DNA of 64,000 nt from a virus. Positions within the stretch are counted from its first letter, which is position 1; each line of letters starts with the position of its first letter. Under the pieces are notes generated by a model. That model was not told where the DNA came from. It made no database searches and worked only from the letters and a program-made list of their open reading frames with translations. The translations under genes and the position numbers were made by a program. The DNA lies in IMG/VR virus record IMGVR_UViG_3300037852_000055, positions 1 through 64,000 of that record; one strand, given 5' to 3'. Positions 20,137 to 30,196 of the stretch are shown in pieces.

Positions 20137-21317
20137 TGTGTCTCCTTGGCTAAAAACTTGTTCGACTTGAGCTTAAGCTGCTTACGTCCTAAGCCGCGTA
20201 CACTTTGTTCTAGCATTGCGCTCACCACAATGCCTTCCCGTAGGTGCGAAGCACCCGGCACGGTAGTGTTTCCTTCCACCAAGGCTTTAACCTTAGCATC
20301 TTCATAGGGGCCTTGGTAAAGCACAGGAACAAAGTTGTCCGCCCCTACTTCTGCTAAAGTAACTTCCTTGGGTACCCAGGTCTTACCATCAGGGCATAAG
20401 AAGTCAAACACAAAGACCTTAGGCACAGTGTAAGCTGTAGGGTTTACATTGGTTCCATAGGAATATCCTTTTTGTGTGGGACAAACCTCGGCATACATTG
20501 TGGACTTAGGATGCTTTCGGCAAACCTCTTCAATCCATGGGTTATCCTTAAGAGCCCTACGCCAAATACATGTGGATTTCTCAGACTTCCACAGCTTGTG
20601 TGAGCCTACCCATATCTTTTCCCCATCGAACATGTACCGTGCATTGCTGCCATGGATCTTCTCTGTAACAAGCACAGGCTCACCCTCGGTAAATACCTTT
20701 GGGTAATTCTTAAGGTTCTGCACATTATATACTGGAGGAGCGTCCTTAGGAGGCTTAACAAAATCCCCACCTGTGGGGCCATTAAGATCAAACCCAAGTT
20801 TATACAGCAGCCAATAAAAGAAACCCTTGAGAGACCGTGGAGGCCACTGCTTATACTGCTTAGACTTTGTATTGATATTCCCTACTGGTTCCGGTTCCTC
20901 GTAATGGGTAATGCCAAGAAGTTCCGAAACATCGTCACCTTCCTTAACAAATGCTAAGGGTTGAAATAGAGGAACCTGAGGATCTGATAAGTCGTGCAGG
21001 CGAAAATCAGAAATGGGCATGAGTAACCCCTCACTCCACTCGCCCCTAAAACGTCGCACTGAAATACGCCGATACTTTTCCGGTACAATTCCTTCAGGAA
21101 ATTCTTTATCTGCCCAAAGAAAGTCGAAGGCTTTTAAATTTTGAGGAACAACTGCATCAGGCTGTAGATAAGCGTACAAAGCCCCCAGCTTAAACTCAGC
21201 AGTCTTTACCACTACTTGGTATCCCCCAACATCTACAAGGGATAATGCATCGGCATTGTTATGCTTACGCAGTTCATTAATTCTTATTACGTTTACAGCG
21301 TGGTTATTGTCTGTCAA
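20133..21317 (-). CDS. RNA ligase, DRB0094 family
   Basis: N-terminal H.NAD.L OB-like domain; EKIHGSN (motif I), FVFD, EGIVV, LK.KS. Confidence 0.88.
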   Translation of the reverse strand: MTDNNHAVNVIRINELRKHNNADALSLVDVGGYQVVVKTAEFKLGALYAYLQPDAVVPQNLKAFDFLWADKEFPEGIVPEKYRRISVRRFRGEWSEGLLMPISDFRLHDLSDPQVPLFQPLAFVKEGDDVSELLGITHYEEPEPVGNINTKSKQYKQWPPRSLKGFFYWLLYKLGFDLNGPTGGDFVKPPKDAPPVYNVQNLKNYPKVFTEGEPVLVTEKIHGSNARYMFDGEKIWVGSHKLWKSEKSTCIWRRALKDNPWIEEVCRKHPKSTMYAEVCPTQKGYSYGTNVNPTAYTVPKVFVFDFLCPDGKTWVPKEVTLAEVGADNFVPVLYQGPYEDAKVKALVEGNTTVPGASHLREGIVVSAMLEQSVRGLGRKQLKLKSNKFLAKETQ

Positions 21318-21784
21318 AATTTTCCCTCCGCTACTTGGAATACCCTTAGGCCTCTTTTACGATACATTTGTACAACCTGTTCTCTATCTTCAAACGCTCC
21401 TCCTATGGCTTGGCCGGGGAAGCGTGCAATGATTTGGTCTAGGAGTTCTTCTTTAACAACGTAATCCTCTCGGTGATCTCCGGCAGTACGCATAAATACT
21501 CCGTGGTTGTTTACTCGGTATTTCTGTAACCACCTCACAGTGTCTGCTGCGTGATCATTAGGTCTTCCAGTGGATATTGCTATGGTGTGTCCTTGATTAT
21601 ACAAAGCACGTTCTACAGTAATCACCTCTAGGACTGGTTTATCATCCACAGCAGCGGCAAAGAAGCCTTTCCAATCCTTAGTAAAATCCGTGGTTGGAAC
21701 ATACTTAGTTGCCGTGGCATCTATAAAGTGTAACCTATGGGTTATATCAGCTAAGGTTCCATCCACGTCAAAAATGAAGATCAA
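21314..21784 (-). CDS. HAD-family polynucleotide 3'-phosphatase (PNKP phosphatase domain)
   Basis: FDVDGTLAD, TGR, MR..GD.R.D..VK, EDR..VV.M.R..GL..QVA.G.F. Confidence 0.88.
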   Translation of the reverse strand: MIFIFDVDGTLADITHRLHFIDATATKYVPTTDFTKDWKGFFAAAVDDKPVLEVITVERALYNQGHTIAISTGRPNDHAADTVRWLQKYRVNNHGVFMRTAGDHREDYVVKEELLDQIIARFPGQAIGGAFEDREQVVQMYRKRGLRVFQVAEGKF

Positions 21785-22065
21785 ATTTCCTCCAAAATAG
21801 CTTTGATTTGCTCAAGTTTTGTTTTTGGGGCCGGGGCATCTAGCACAGCTTTAATCCTAGCAATAGCCTCTTCTTCTGTGAATTTCTCAAATGCCCTGTA
21901 TTCAAAAGCTCCTCCCATAGCTTTTTTTTGTTTACGGGCTTCTTCTTCTGCCTCTGCATGGTTTGTAAACTCAAAGGTACTTAAGTTTTGTGGGACTATT
22001 TTTGAATAATTTGTAGAACGCTGCCACTGGTTAGAGGCATCTCTGTATTGAATAATGTAACTCAT
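21781..22065 (-). CDS. Hypothetical protein (paralog of 32827..33021)
   Basis: SNQWQRS.N..F...EA....YR pattern shared with the other gene. Confidence 0.55.
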   Translation of the reverse strand: MSYIIQYRDASNQWQRSTNYSKIVPQNLSTFEFTNHAEAEEEARKQKKAMGGAFEYRAFEKFTEEEAIARIKAVLDAPAPKTKLEQIKAILEEI

Positions 22066-24110
22066 ATTTTCTCCATTGGTACTTCTATGGTTTTCTGTGG
22101 TTGTTCCTGAGGAATTAAATTGTTAAAATTTTGTTGCAATGCAATGTGCTTGTCTTTTACAAAACTCTTTACTTGGCTCCTAGCACCGTCAAAATACATC
22201 CAACATTTTCCCCCGCTAGAATACCTAGAAAGCGGCACGGTGACACGCATAAGTGGATCGAATACCTCGGTAGACCCTTCGGACTCCTCGGCCTCATCCT
22301 CATATTGGCTCAAGGTTTTAGTGCCAAGCACTTTTCTCCAGAGCAACACCTGTCCATCACAATCCTTTTCAATTTGAGAAGACCCATCTACATCCCTAGA
22401 TTCAATCACTGCCCCTTTCTCAAGTTGCTTGGGCTGTACAATGCGTATCATTTTAATACCATAGTCTTTAGCAATTCTACTAAGTCCTTTGCTAATTTGT
22501 GACAATAAAACTGTACGATGCCCTTGTCTGCCACCAATAATAGTATCGCATAAAAGTTGAATGTTGTCGAACATAATCCACTTAATGCTATATCTACGAA
22601 TGCAGTCTCGCATTAATTTGAAAATGTCTTCTTGATCCTTTACTTGCTGTGGGTATGCGAAATATAGGTCAGCAGTACGAGTGCGCTGTATTTCCTTAGC
22701 TTTAACGATGGCTAATTTAAATTCTTCTAGTTTGGTTTTAGCCTCTGGTGAACCGGGAGTACACAGAGTGTCTTCAAACCCGGTTACTAAGCTTACCCAC
22801 TTTCTGGCTAAGCGTTTTTGTGTCATTTCCAAACACACTATAAGACCATCTTCCCCATAGGCAGCTACCATATGGTCTATAAGGTTCAACCCTAAACTGG
22901 TTTTTCCTACCTTAGCTCCAGCCACAATGTCTAGTACATCTCCATTCTCAAAGCCAATTAGTTCATTAAATTTATTCCATTGTGTAATATATGAAGGCGC
23001 AAGCTCTAGTTTACCATTAAGCTCATCCTCCAAGTCATCCAAAGCAGAAAGAGAGGAAGCTACTCCCGTTACATCAAAAAGAACAGCAGTTCGTTTAAGC
23101 TCTTCAAAAGCTTCTATAGTGCCTCCTCCTTTCATAAACCATTCTATAACGTCTTTTCCTTCTCTTTTGTGTTCACATGGTTTAGTCTCTTTAGCTGTTC
23201 TAATAAGACCATCATCGTCACACAGTTTGCACTCATCTACAGGAACAACAATTTCAAAACGGGGAATAACTATCCTTAAACACTTGTCGTAGCCTATCTT
23301 TGATGCTATTTCTTGTGCCGCTTTGTTACCAACCTTATCCTTATCATAAAGAATGTATTTTTTAAGGCTGTCCCCTAGTTTGTCTATAGTATCTATCCAT
23401 GTAGTTTTCTTTACACCAGCCCCAGGAACCCCTACTACACAGTTTATACCCTTAGACATAAGAAACACTGAGTTTGCTTCCCCTTCTACAAACACAACCT
23501 CTTTCAAGGCGTCAGTTAAAATTTCCCCATTGTAAAGAGGAGCGTCCCAACCTGTGGGGCTAGCAAAAGCTTTGGGTGATGGCGGCAGACTACGAAACTT
23601 AGCAAATACACAATTACCATTGACAAGATAAGGGTACACTAGGGCTTTTACTTCTCCGCACTCCCTAAAGTATTGTTTTTCTTTAAGGCCTATTTTTTGT
23701 TGTGCTATAACTTCCTTAGTAAATCCACGCACATTCAAAAGGTAGTCTAAAGTTTCTGCATCCCCTAGCAAAGCCAAGTGGCATTCTTCTACGTTTGGCA
23801 ATAAGTCTACATCGCTTCCTGCCCATTCTTTTTTTGATTCCACCCCTTTAACGCTGTCCCCACAGTGCTCTTTTAAAGTCCTTAAATTACCTGTCTGTTG
23901 GCAAGCTCCGTGGTGGCAAAAATAAACTCCATCCCTAGAATCTTCCTTAGGGTCAGATACTGCCATGTAAAATTTGAAATCCCCTTTATGACAGTAAGGG
24001 CAAATTTCCACTGATATTTGTCCCCCATTGGGAGGGTTAAAATTCCAGCCTTTTGATAGTACATAGTGCATGGCCGCACTTTTTTCTAAACCTATGGGAA
24101 CTGTGTTCAA
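22062..24110 (-). CDS. Primase-helicase (T7 gp4/Twinkle-like)
   Basis: Zn finger CPYC..CHHGAC, TOPRIM EGE..YDKD..G, Walker A AGAKVGKT, DNIQL, DGSSQIEKDCD. Confidence 0.92.
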   Translation of the reverse strand: MNTVPIGLEKSAAMHYVLSKGWNFNPPNGGQISVEICPYCHKGDFKFYMAVSDPKEDSRDGVYFCHHGACQQTGNLRTLKEHCGDSVKGVESKKEWAGSDVDLLPNVEECHLALLGDAETLDYLLNVRGFTKEVIAQQKIGLKEKQYFRECGEVKALVYPYLVNGNCVFAKFRSLPPSPKAFASPTGWDAPLYNGEILTDALKEVVFVEGEANSVFLMSKGINCVVGVPGAGVKKTTWIDTIDKLGDSLKKYILYDKDKVGNKAAQEIASKIGYDKCLRIVIPRFEIVVPVDECKLCDDDGLIRTAKETKPCEHKREGKDVIEWFMKGGGTIEAFEELKRTAVLFDVTGVASSLSALDDLEDELNGKLELAPSYITQWNKFNELIGFENGDVLDIVAGAKVGKTSLGLNLIDHMVAAYGEDGLIVCLEMTQKRLARKWVSLVTGFEDTLCTPGSPEAKTKLEEFKLAIVKAKEIQRTRTADLYFAYPQQVKDQEDIFKLMRDCIRRYSIKWIMFDNIQLLCDTIIGGRQGHRTVLLSQISKGLSRIAKDYGIKMIRIVQPKQLEKGAVIESRDVDGSSQIEKDCDGQVLLWRKVLGTKTLSQYEDEAEESEGSTEVFDPLMRVTVPLSRYSSGGKCWMYFDGARSQVKSFVKDKHIALQQNFNNLIPQEQPQKTIEVPMEKI

Positions 24111-24127
24111 ATTTATAGCCCTTTCTT

Positions 24128-24613
24128 TTACAAAATGTATGGCAAAGCTTTTACTGCTTTATTCCTAGCTTTATTCGCTTTTTCTTTTGTAGAAAACGTT
24201 CCTAATTGTTTGTTTCCTAGCTTTGCTATCCAAACGTTTCTGTCTTTACGAAAGAAAACCCCTAGGCCCCTTTGGTTGCGAAAAATTTGATCTTGTGCGT
24301 GTCCCTTTTTTGATCTCCATTCTAACTTGTGCGCCCTATTGTCTTTCTTTTTCCCTTTGTGATTAACTTCTGGCAGGTTTAGTGGGTTTGGTAGGAAAGC
24401 TTTTGCTACAAGTCTATGTACTTTTCTAGTGTAAGCTTTGCTTTTACTCTCTTTGTGCAGTATAACATAATAATAGCCAAGTTTATCACACCCCGGCCTA
24501 AACATGTGGCCTATTTTAGTTGGGCCTTTCCCTGGCAATCGTCTTCTTACTCTCCCTTGGTCACTAACTTCGTAAGCCTCAAAGTCTTCTACTGTTTTCC
24601 ATTGTTCTTTCAA
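24128..24613 (-). CDS. NUMOD4-HNH homing endonuclease with AP2-like tail
   Basis: EQWK.V..YEVSDQGRV, VHRLVA.AF.PNP.NLPEVNH..DNR...LEW, LGTF.T.E.A. Confidence 0.85.
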   Translation of the reverse strand: MKEQWKTVEDFEAYEVSDQGRVRRRLPGKGPTKIGHMFRPGCDKLGYYYVILHKESKSKAYTRKVHRLVAKAFLPNPLNLPEVNHKGKKKDNRAHKLEWRSKKGHAQDQIFRNQRGLGVFFRKDRNVWIAKLGNKQLGTFSTKEKANKARNKAVKALPYIL

Positions 24614-24810
24614 TTGGTTCTCTCTTTAGCAGTCGGGCCATGATTTTATCCCGTAAATCTGCCGAAGGCTCAATGTTTAGCAGTTCTTGTAGCTCCTCAG
24701 GCGATGCCAGAGGGCCTGTACCAGTCAGTTCAAGCATATTTTGGCCTCTACTTATTTAGATGCTTTTGGGGTGAAGAAGGATTCAAAAACTTGTAAACCC
24801 TTTGTTTTCT

Positions 24811-25149
24811 TCATTGTATACCCCTTGTCTCCTGTCGTTCAAACATTTTTTGCCCTAGATATGTTGGAGTGTATTTCTTGAATTTCCTATTGGGAAACTG
24901 GGTAGCAAGCTTTTCAAAGATAGGGTCAGCAATTGCTGAGTCCTCTTGCAACAAGCCTAAGGCTACAAGGGCATCTACTTGGTCTACCCTATACTTCCAT
25001 TCTTTGTAAATCTCAGGCTTATCCAGGGCCTCGTCCGGTTGAATTTGTACGAGAGCCTTACTAGCAGCGGCTGCGGTTGCAGCGTCGTACTGTATTGGGC
25101 TTAGCTGTGGAATCATAGTTATTTCCAATTCCTTCCTGTGGGCCAACAT
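24811..25149 (-). CDS. Hypothetical protein (start uncertain)
   Basis: Packed ORF. Confidence 0.45.
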   Translation of the reverse strand: MLAHRKELEITMIPQLSPIQYDAATAAAASKALVQIQPDEALDKPEIYKEWKYRVDQVDALVALGLLQEDSAIADPIFEKLATQFPNRKFKKYTPTYLGQKMFERQETRGIQ

Positions 25150-25388
25150 GAGGGGTGATATTGTTCACTTACTATAGCTCCTTTGTACACCCCAGCAGTG
25201 CATACTATTTCTTGTCCTGATTCTTTGTCATGCCACACATAAAAAGCTGCTGGAAATTGTCCTGAATGATCTTCATTATAGATGTTTTCAAACCTTGGCC
25301 TAGGAATTGTTTGTTCTTTTCCCCAAACAAAAGCCCCCAATAACAACCAAACAAAAGCCCCAACCAACATTGCTGTAAACTTTTTCAT
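25119..25388 (-). CDS. Small exported protein, tandem paralog 1
   Basis: MKKF signal peptide; HDKESGQEIVC..C.PTGR.W. Confidence 0.6.
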   Translation of the reverse strand: MKKFTAMLVGAFVWLLLGAFVWGKEQTIPRPRFENIYNEDHSGQFPAAFYVWHDKESGQEIVCTAGVYKGAIVSEQYHPSCWPTGRNWK

Positions 25389-25604
25389 TTACCACGTCCT
25401 CCCTGTGAGGTAACAAGCAGTCGCATTGAGATCACCAAAAACACAAATTACTTCTTGCTTAGTTTGGGTATCATGGTAATAGTCAAAGAGTACATGTCCG
25501 TTCTTATCTGCTACCCGTTCAGAGCCTAGGAACACCATTCTCTGTGTATTTTGCCCCAAAGCAAAGGCCCCTAGGATTACCAATGCAATAGCAATTTTTT
25601 TCAT
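25389..25604 (-). CDS. Small exported protein, tandem paralog 2
   Basis: MKKI signal peptide; HDTQTKQEVIC..C.LTGR.W. Confidence 0.6.
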   Translation of the reverse strand: MKKIAIALVILGAFALGQNTQRMVFLGSERVADKNGHVLFDYYHDTQTKQEVICVFGDLNATACYLTGRTW

Positions 25605-27388
25605 TTCTTACTCCTTTGGTTTTTCAATAGGTCTATAGCTAAACTTGCTTCCCCCGCCGTTATCACAGGTAATTTACAGACACCACATTGGGTACCCACT
25701 GGTTTGTTCCCTGGACATATGCACTTGAGAATTGGTTTTCCCTTGCTTAGTGTCCGTAGGTACTTGCGTACAGCCTCCGTGGATGGCCCGTTCTTCCGTT
25801 CACTCTCCCTTGTGAGCAGTTTCAAACGCTCAGGTCTACACCTACGCACTACATCATCGGCAGTTTCAAAAGCTTCCTTGAGCGTAGCAAAAGTGCCAAG
25901 TTTACGAGTGTCCTTGGTAGTAGAAATGGACAGTTCCCATTCGTCCAGTTCGTTTTGTTCCAGATGCAGTTTCTCATGTAAATACTGGGAGTACTGCCCT
26001 TTGATTGCTTGGCGCTCTGGGATTGACAAAATGTATGACCCATCGGCCCCAGAGATCCACCCCAGTTTACTAAACTTTTGTACTTCCTCGGTATAAGGCT
26101 CAGCAAACAAGTCAATGGATTCTATGTAGGCCTTGATCTTAGAAAGGTCAGTTAGGTTTGATAAGTTTACAGTTGGGTATTTTTCCTGTAAGTCGCTAAG
26201 CTCTTTTTCAGCAGCTAACACGGAGCCCCCATGCAAATTCATGGCAGGGTTCATGCCAAACAAAGAAGGCAGTGTTATTAAACTGCAACGCTTGTATGAA
26301 TCACAAACATCTATGACAAGGCAGTTTTCTTTGCCTGGGTGAAGTCTTGTACCTCGACCTATCTTTTGGGTGTACCTAGAGCTGCTGCGGTCTGGCGTAG
26401 CTAATACTATACAGGAAACTTTAGTAGAATCAAAGCCCTCAATTAAAAGGGACGCATTGCATAGTGCTTCTAGTTTTCCCTCTTCAAACCAAATAAGTTT
26501 AGAAGCTCTTTGCACATCTACCCCGTAGATAGGTGCTGCACACACCCCATTGCGAAGAAACTCTTCTGCCAAGGCTTTAGCGTGGTCAATCCCAGCGGTA
26601 AATGCAATGGTTGGCCGTCCCACCGCGTTATCTTTCCAAGCTTTTACAACCAAAGAATTACGCTCAGGGGTATTCACAGCAGTGGACAGTTCATCACTCT
26701 TGAATTCCCCAGCTACTACTTTGACTTCATCAAGGCTAGTCTTAGTATCTACCCTAATGCCTTTAAGAGGGACAAGGAAACCATCAGCTATGGCCTTCCG
26801 CAACGGATAACTGTACACAATCTTCTTGAAAATGCTCTTAAGAGAAACCGTGTCTTCATCGTCCAGCAGTACCATGTCCTTGGCTTGGCCCCTAGCTTTA
26901 CTTCTGCTCTTAGGGGTGGCGCTAAGGCCTACCAGAAGCTTTTTACTTTCTGGCAGAAACACGCCTGAATCATTGAGAATACGTAAGTAAGTGTCTCCTT
27001 GGCGATGGCATTCATCTAGAACAATGATTGAAATGTCATTCCAAAAGTTATCCAAACGTTTAGACCCAGAACGGCCTACAGAAGCGTTGCAGGCTACAAT
27101 TACATCACAATCAGGATCAGCATGGTGCTCAGCTTTTTCTAATCCCACTTTAAGCTGCGGGTTCCATGTTTTTATCTTGTCCATCGCTTGGTTAAGCAGT
27201 TCTTCTGTATGAGCAATGAAAAGCATTTTTCCATTGGGCACCGTGCCTTTTAGATATGTAGGCAGATTAGCTGCTAACAAGGTTTTACCTGCGCCTGTAC
27301 ACCAGAATACCAGTTGCTGTCGTATTCCTTCTTTGTAGGCTTCAGCTATCGCTGCTAAAGTTTCTTTCTGGTAGTAGCGTAGCTCCAT
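25601..27388 (-). CDS. Superfamily 2 (DExH) helicase
   Basis: LRYYQ, TGAGKT, DECH, SATP, EGFD, QKIGRGTR. Confidence 0.92.
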   Translation of the reverse strand: MELRYYQKETLAAIAEAYKEGIRQQLVFWCTGAGKTLLAANLPTYLKGTVPNGKMLFIAHTEELLNQAMDKIKTWNPQLKVGLEKAEHHADPDCDVIVACNASVGRSGSKRLDNFWNDISIIVLDECHRQGDTYLRILNDSGVFLPESKKLLVGLSATPKSRSKARGQAKDMVLLDDEDTVSLKSIFKKIVYSYPLRKAIADGFLVPLKGIRVDTKTSLDEVKVVAGEFKSDELSTAVNTPERNSLVVKAWKDNAVGRPTIAFTAGIDHAKALAEEFLRNGVCAAPIYGVDVQRASKLIWFEEGKLEALCNASLLIEGFDSTKVSCIVLATPDRSSSRYTQKIGRGTRLHPGKENCLVIDVCDSYKRCSLITLPSLFGMNPAMNLHGGSVLAAEKELSDLQEKYPTVNLSNLTDLSKIKAYIESIDLFAEPYTEEVQKFSKLGWISGADGSYILSIPERQAIKGQYSQYLHEKLHLEQNELDEWELSISTTKDTRKLGTFATLKEAFETADDVVRRCRPERLKLLTRESERKNGPSTEAVRKYLRTLSKGKPILKCICPGNKPVGTQCGVCKLPVITAGEASLAIDLLKNQRSKK

Positions 27389-27402
27389 GGTTCTCCTTTG
27401 GG

Positions 27403-28964
27403 TTATCCTAAGTATACTACAATTTCATCCTCCAGCTTCATAAGCTGGTCGTAATCCTTGGCATATAGGTCTGGGCCATAATCCTCAGGGTCATAATATT
27501 TCTTATCCACAGCTTCTAGCAAGGTACGTAATTGCTTTGCCAATTTGCCGATACGATTGGAAATTGCTTTGTCTATTCTCATGTTAATCCTTCCATTGTC
27601 TGTATACCCTTTTGTGATGCTTGGTCTCCATTGTAACATCCCTGAGCAATTCAATGTAAGCCGAAGGCACCTGATCAATGTCTAGCCTTACAATTCTATT
27701 GGGAAACTCAAGCACCCCCTTGTGGGTAAGTATTTGTAATTCCATGTTAGGAAAATAGTCATCGTCAATTCCCCATACATGGATTCTCCATCGGGTTTCT
27801 TCTTTACCCCTTAAGTTTGTATGTACTTCGCCTTTTATAGCTAGTACTTTTCCTATGCGTATGCCAGCGCATCGGCCCAGGGCGTGTCCATAAGCAATGT
27901 AGTCCCCTACGTTAATGTCTTGGCCTATTTTATCCTTAGGAATCATTCGCCTGTCCCTAAGAGCTTCTGAGGCTCTGGCTTTTTCATAAACAACAAAATA
28001 GGGTTTAGTTCATTCAATGACACGCTGAGCAAATGCAAAGCTTCTCTCTTAGGGTCAGAGCCAAAAGCTGCTTGCCAGGCAATACGCTGTGTGATTGACA
28101 TAGGGATGCTTAGGTGAATTAGAGCGTGTGTGTTTCCCCCTTTGGACTCTGACACTTCAAACTGCTGAGGTATGTACCCAAGTGTTTGCTCAAGGATTCC
28201 CAGCGTATCATAAAACTGCCCTGGGAGTGCACCATCAAAAACCCAGTTATCGTAATCTAGCATTAAAGTTTTATCATCAGCCAAAACTACTTGCCATTTA
28301 TTAGAGAAACCTTTGTCGTCTAGGTACTTTTGTGCAGCCTGAGCATGGTCATTGTTTAATACGTTTGTTACATCACTACCCCTTGGGTTGTTGCTTGTTC
28401 TCTGGGGATTTATACCAAACACTTCATCCTGACATACTTGGCATAGCCCACTGATACCAAATTCTTTCTTCGATAGTTCATCTCTAAATGTACCCACAGG
28501 CTTACTACAACTAGGGCACAACCCTTGGTCAATTCTTTCTAATTTCTTGGTATATCCCACGGCTTCCATAATTGCTCGATTCATTACTCGCTCCTTTGTT
28601 TAACCACTGGACAAACCATTTTGAAGTCAAAGTTCTCAAGACGTGCTAAGGAATACACAGGATTACCTTCAGAATCTAGAGGCACAATAATCTTGGTATT
28701 ATCACTGGGCTTAAAGTCTTTTATACACTGCTTAGCTGGCCACTCCATAGAGATTATTTTTTTCACACACTTAAACCCCCCTCTAGGATCAGACACTTTA
28801 CTCTCATCTTCATTGCAGTGGGTGTCTGGGAAGTATATGGTTGTGCATTGTGGCTCCTGAGCATATGAGGTGGCGTTTATAACTATAAACAATAGAATTA
28901 ACAAAATTGTCAATGTAAAAATAGCCACCACTACTGTGTGTTTAGTGTCATTATGTGAAAGCAC
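27403..28964 (-). other. Four hypothetical CDS (27403-27678, 27584-27946, 27943-28584, 28584-28964)
   Basis: Overlapping start/stop codons; 27943-28584 has CPSC..GLCQVCQD Zn finger; 28584-28964 has an N-terminal TM and Cys residues. Confidence 0.5.
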
Positions 28965-29533
28965 TTTGACTCCTGTTCTACTATCACCCGCCCCATGGCT
29001 TGGTAATAAATTAATCTCATTTCTAGATACTTAGTCTGCGCTCTGGTTAACCCTGCACGCCCTAGGTCTATTGTACAACCTGCTTCATGGGAGCTAGCTA
29101 ATTCCCCCTCGGCTGGTGCTGCATTCCTATTGTATCTCCTTAGCTTCTTTTGTACAACCACTGGCCTAATTGCGCTGGTCAATACCAAGGGTTTCCCAAA
29201 TTGTTCATAGAATTCCCCAGAGAGCTGCCCCAGGAAGGAGTTAACCTGAGGCAGCACATAGCGCCGATTCACTGGTAAACTATGCGCTATAACCATCGCG
29301 CCACTCGTGACTGGAGCCACTAGGTTACCAGCTTGTACTAAATTTTTAAGTTCCTTCTCGTCTCGTACTCGTGCCAAGTGTTGCTGGTCTATGGTTTCGT
29401 TCTGTAGGTACAGGGCTTGTCTTGTTGGACACAAGAGGGGCGAACAGTTCTTGTATCTGTGGTGTGGCTTCGCCTGTGCAAAGGAAGTGCATAAAATCAA
29501 GAATAGGATTATCCTTAGGTTTTTCATTAGCAT
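28931..29533 (-). CDS. DUF5715-like exported peptidase M15-type protein
   Basis: Signal peptide; LTSA.R, SSH..G..IDL, E..CFHI zinc-ligand pattern. Confidence 0.65.
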   Translation of the reverse strand: MLMKNLRIILFLILCTSFAQAKPHHRYKNCSPLLCPTRQALYLQNETIDQQHLARVRDEKELKNLVQAGNLVAPVTSGAMVIAHSLPVNRRYVLPQVNSFLGQLSGEFYEQFGKPLVLTSAIRPVVVQKKLRRYNRNAAPAEGELASSHEAGCTIDLGRAGLTRAQTKYLEMRLIYYQAMGRVIVEQESKCFHIMTLNTQ

Positions 29534-30029
29534 CCTTTGGTGGGTAAATATTTAAAGCCGAGTTCCACCCCTTGGTAAATTGATCTTTGTTCTCCTTCTT
29601 TAACCTCTCGTATTCCTCTTTGTGTGCATGGCAAAAGTTAAAGGTAATAGGAAAGTCTCTGCCACACACATAACATACCAATGGCCTATGCGGTTCATCT
29701 GCCGTGCGTCCTACAATGGGTTCACCTCGCTTAGGTACAGATTGTTTAGCTTGAAAGTCTCTAGCAATGTTTAGCATCCTAAGGGCTCCCCAACGTTCGC
29801 TATTCAAAAACGCTGAGTGTGAAGTTTGTCCATACAAAGACTCAACCTGTGCTCGTGTATTAATGGTCTCATAGGTTTCTATTAACTTTTCCACAAGCTT
29901 ATCTACTGCGGTTTCCACCAACTTGCCCTCCTTATGGTTACTTCTCCGGTTACTGCATTTACTTCTATGGTTAACCCATGTTCTCCGTTGCGTATTGCTG
30001 TGTGAACGCCTGAGTGACAAGCACTGCAA
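29346..30029 (-). CDS. Hypothetical protein (true start probably near 29920)
   Basis: AAGGAGG upstream of TTGGTG; CYVC..C.H motif. Confidence 0.4.
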   Translation of the reverse strand: MQCLSLRRSHSNTQRRTWVNHRSKCSNRRSNHKEGKLVETAVDKLVEKLIETYETINTRAQVESLYGQTSHSAFLNSERWGALRMLNIARDFQAKQSVPKRGEPIVGRTADEPHRPLVCYVCGRDFPITFNFCHAHKEEYERLKKENKDQFTKGWNSALNIYPPKDANEKPKDNPILDFMHFLCTGEATPQIQELFAPLVSNKTSPVPTERNHRPATLGTSTRREGT

Positions 30030-30196
30030 AGTGTGAGCAAATTCCAGGCCAAATCAGGCCCACCTTGGCTTCTAAACCAAACATGATGAACGTGTAAAAC
30101 ACTTCTAAACCCACAGTTACGACACATATACCCATCGCGCCTTAGGACTTCTTGGCATAGCCTATCATATTCCTCAGGAGGTAGGCGAAGGCTCAC
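29903..30196 (-). CDS. HNH endonuclease
   Basis: VL.RD.Y.C..CG..LHVHH...RSQGG.D...NL.TLC..CH. Confidence 0.9.
   Translation of the reverse strand: MSLRLPPEEYDRLCQEVLRRDGYMCRNCGFRSVLHVHHVWFRSQGGPDLAWNLLTLCSACHSGVHTAIRNGEHGLTIEVNAVTGEVTIRRASWWKPQ

Noticed and set aside
16318-22080. Shared C-terminal PMEK(L/I) in RecA and primase-helicase as a docking motif
   Set aside because: ATGGAGAAA supplies the GGAG RBS for the ATGA-coupled next gene in both cases, which is a simpler explanation.
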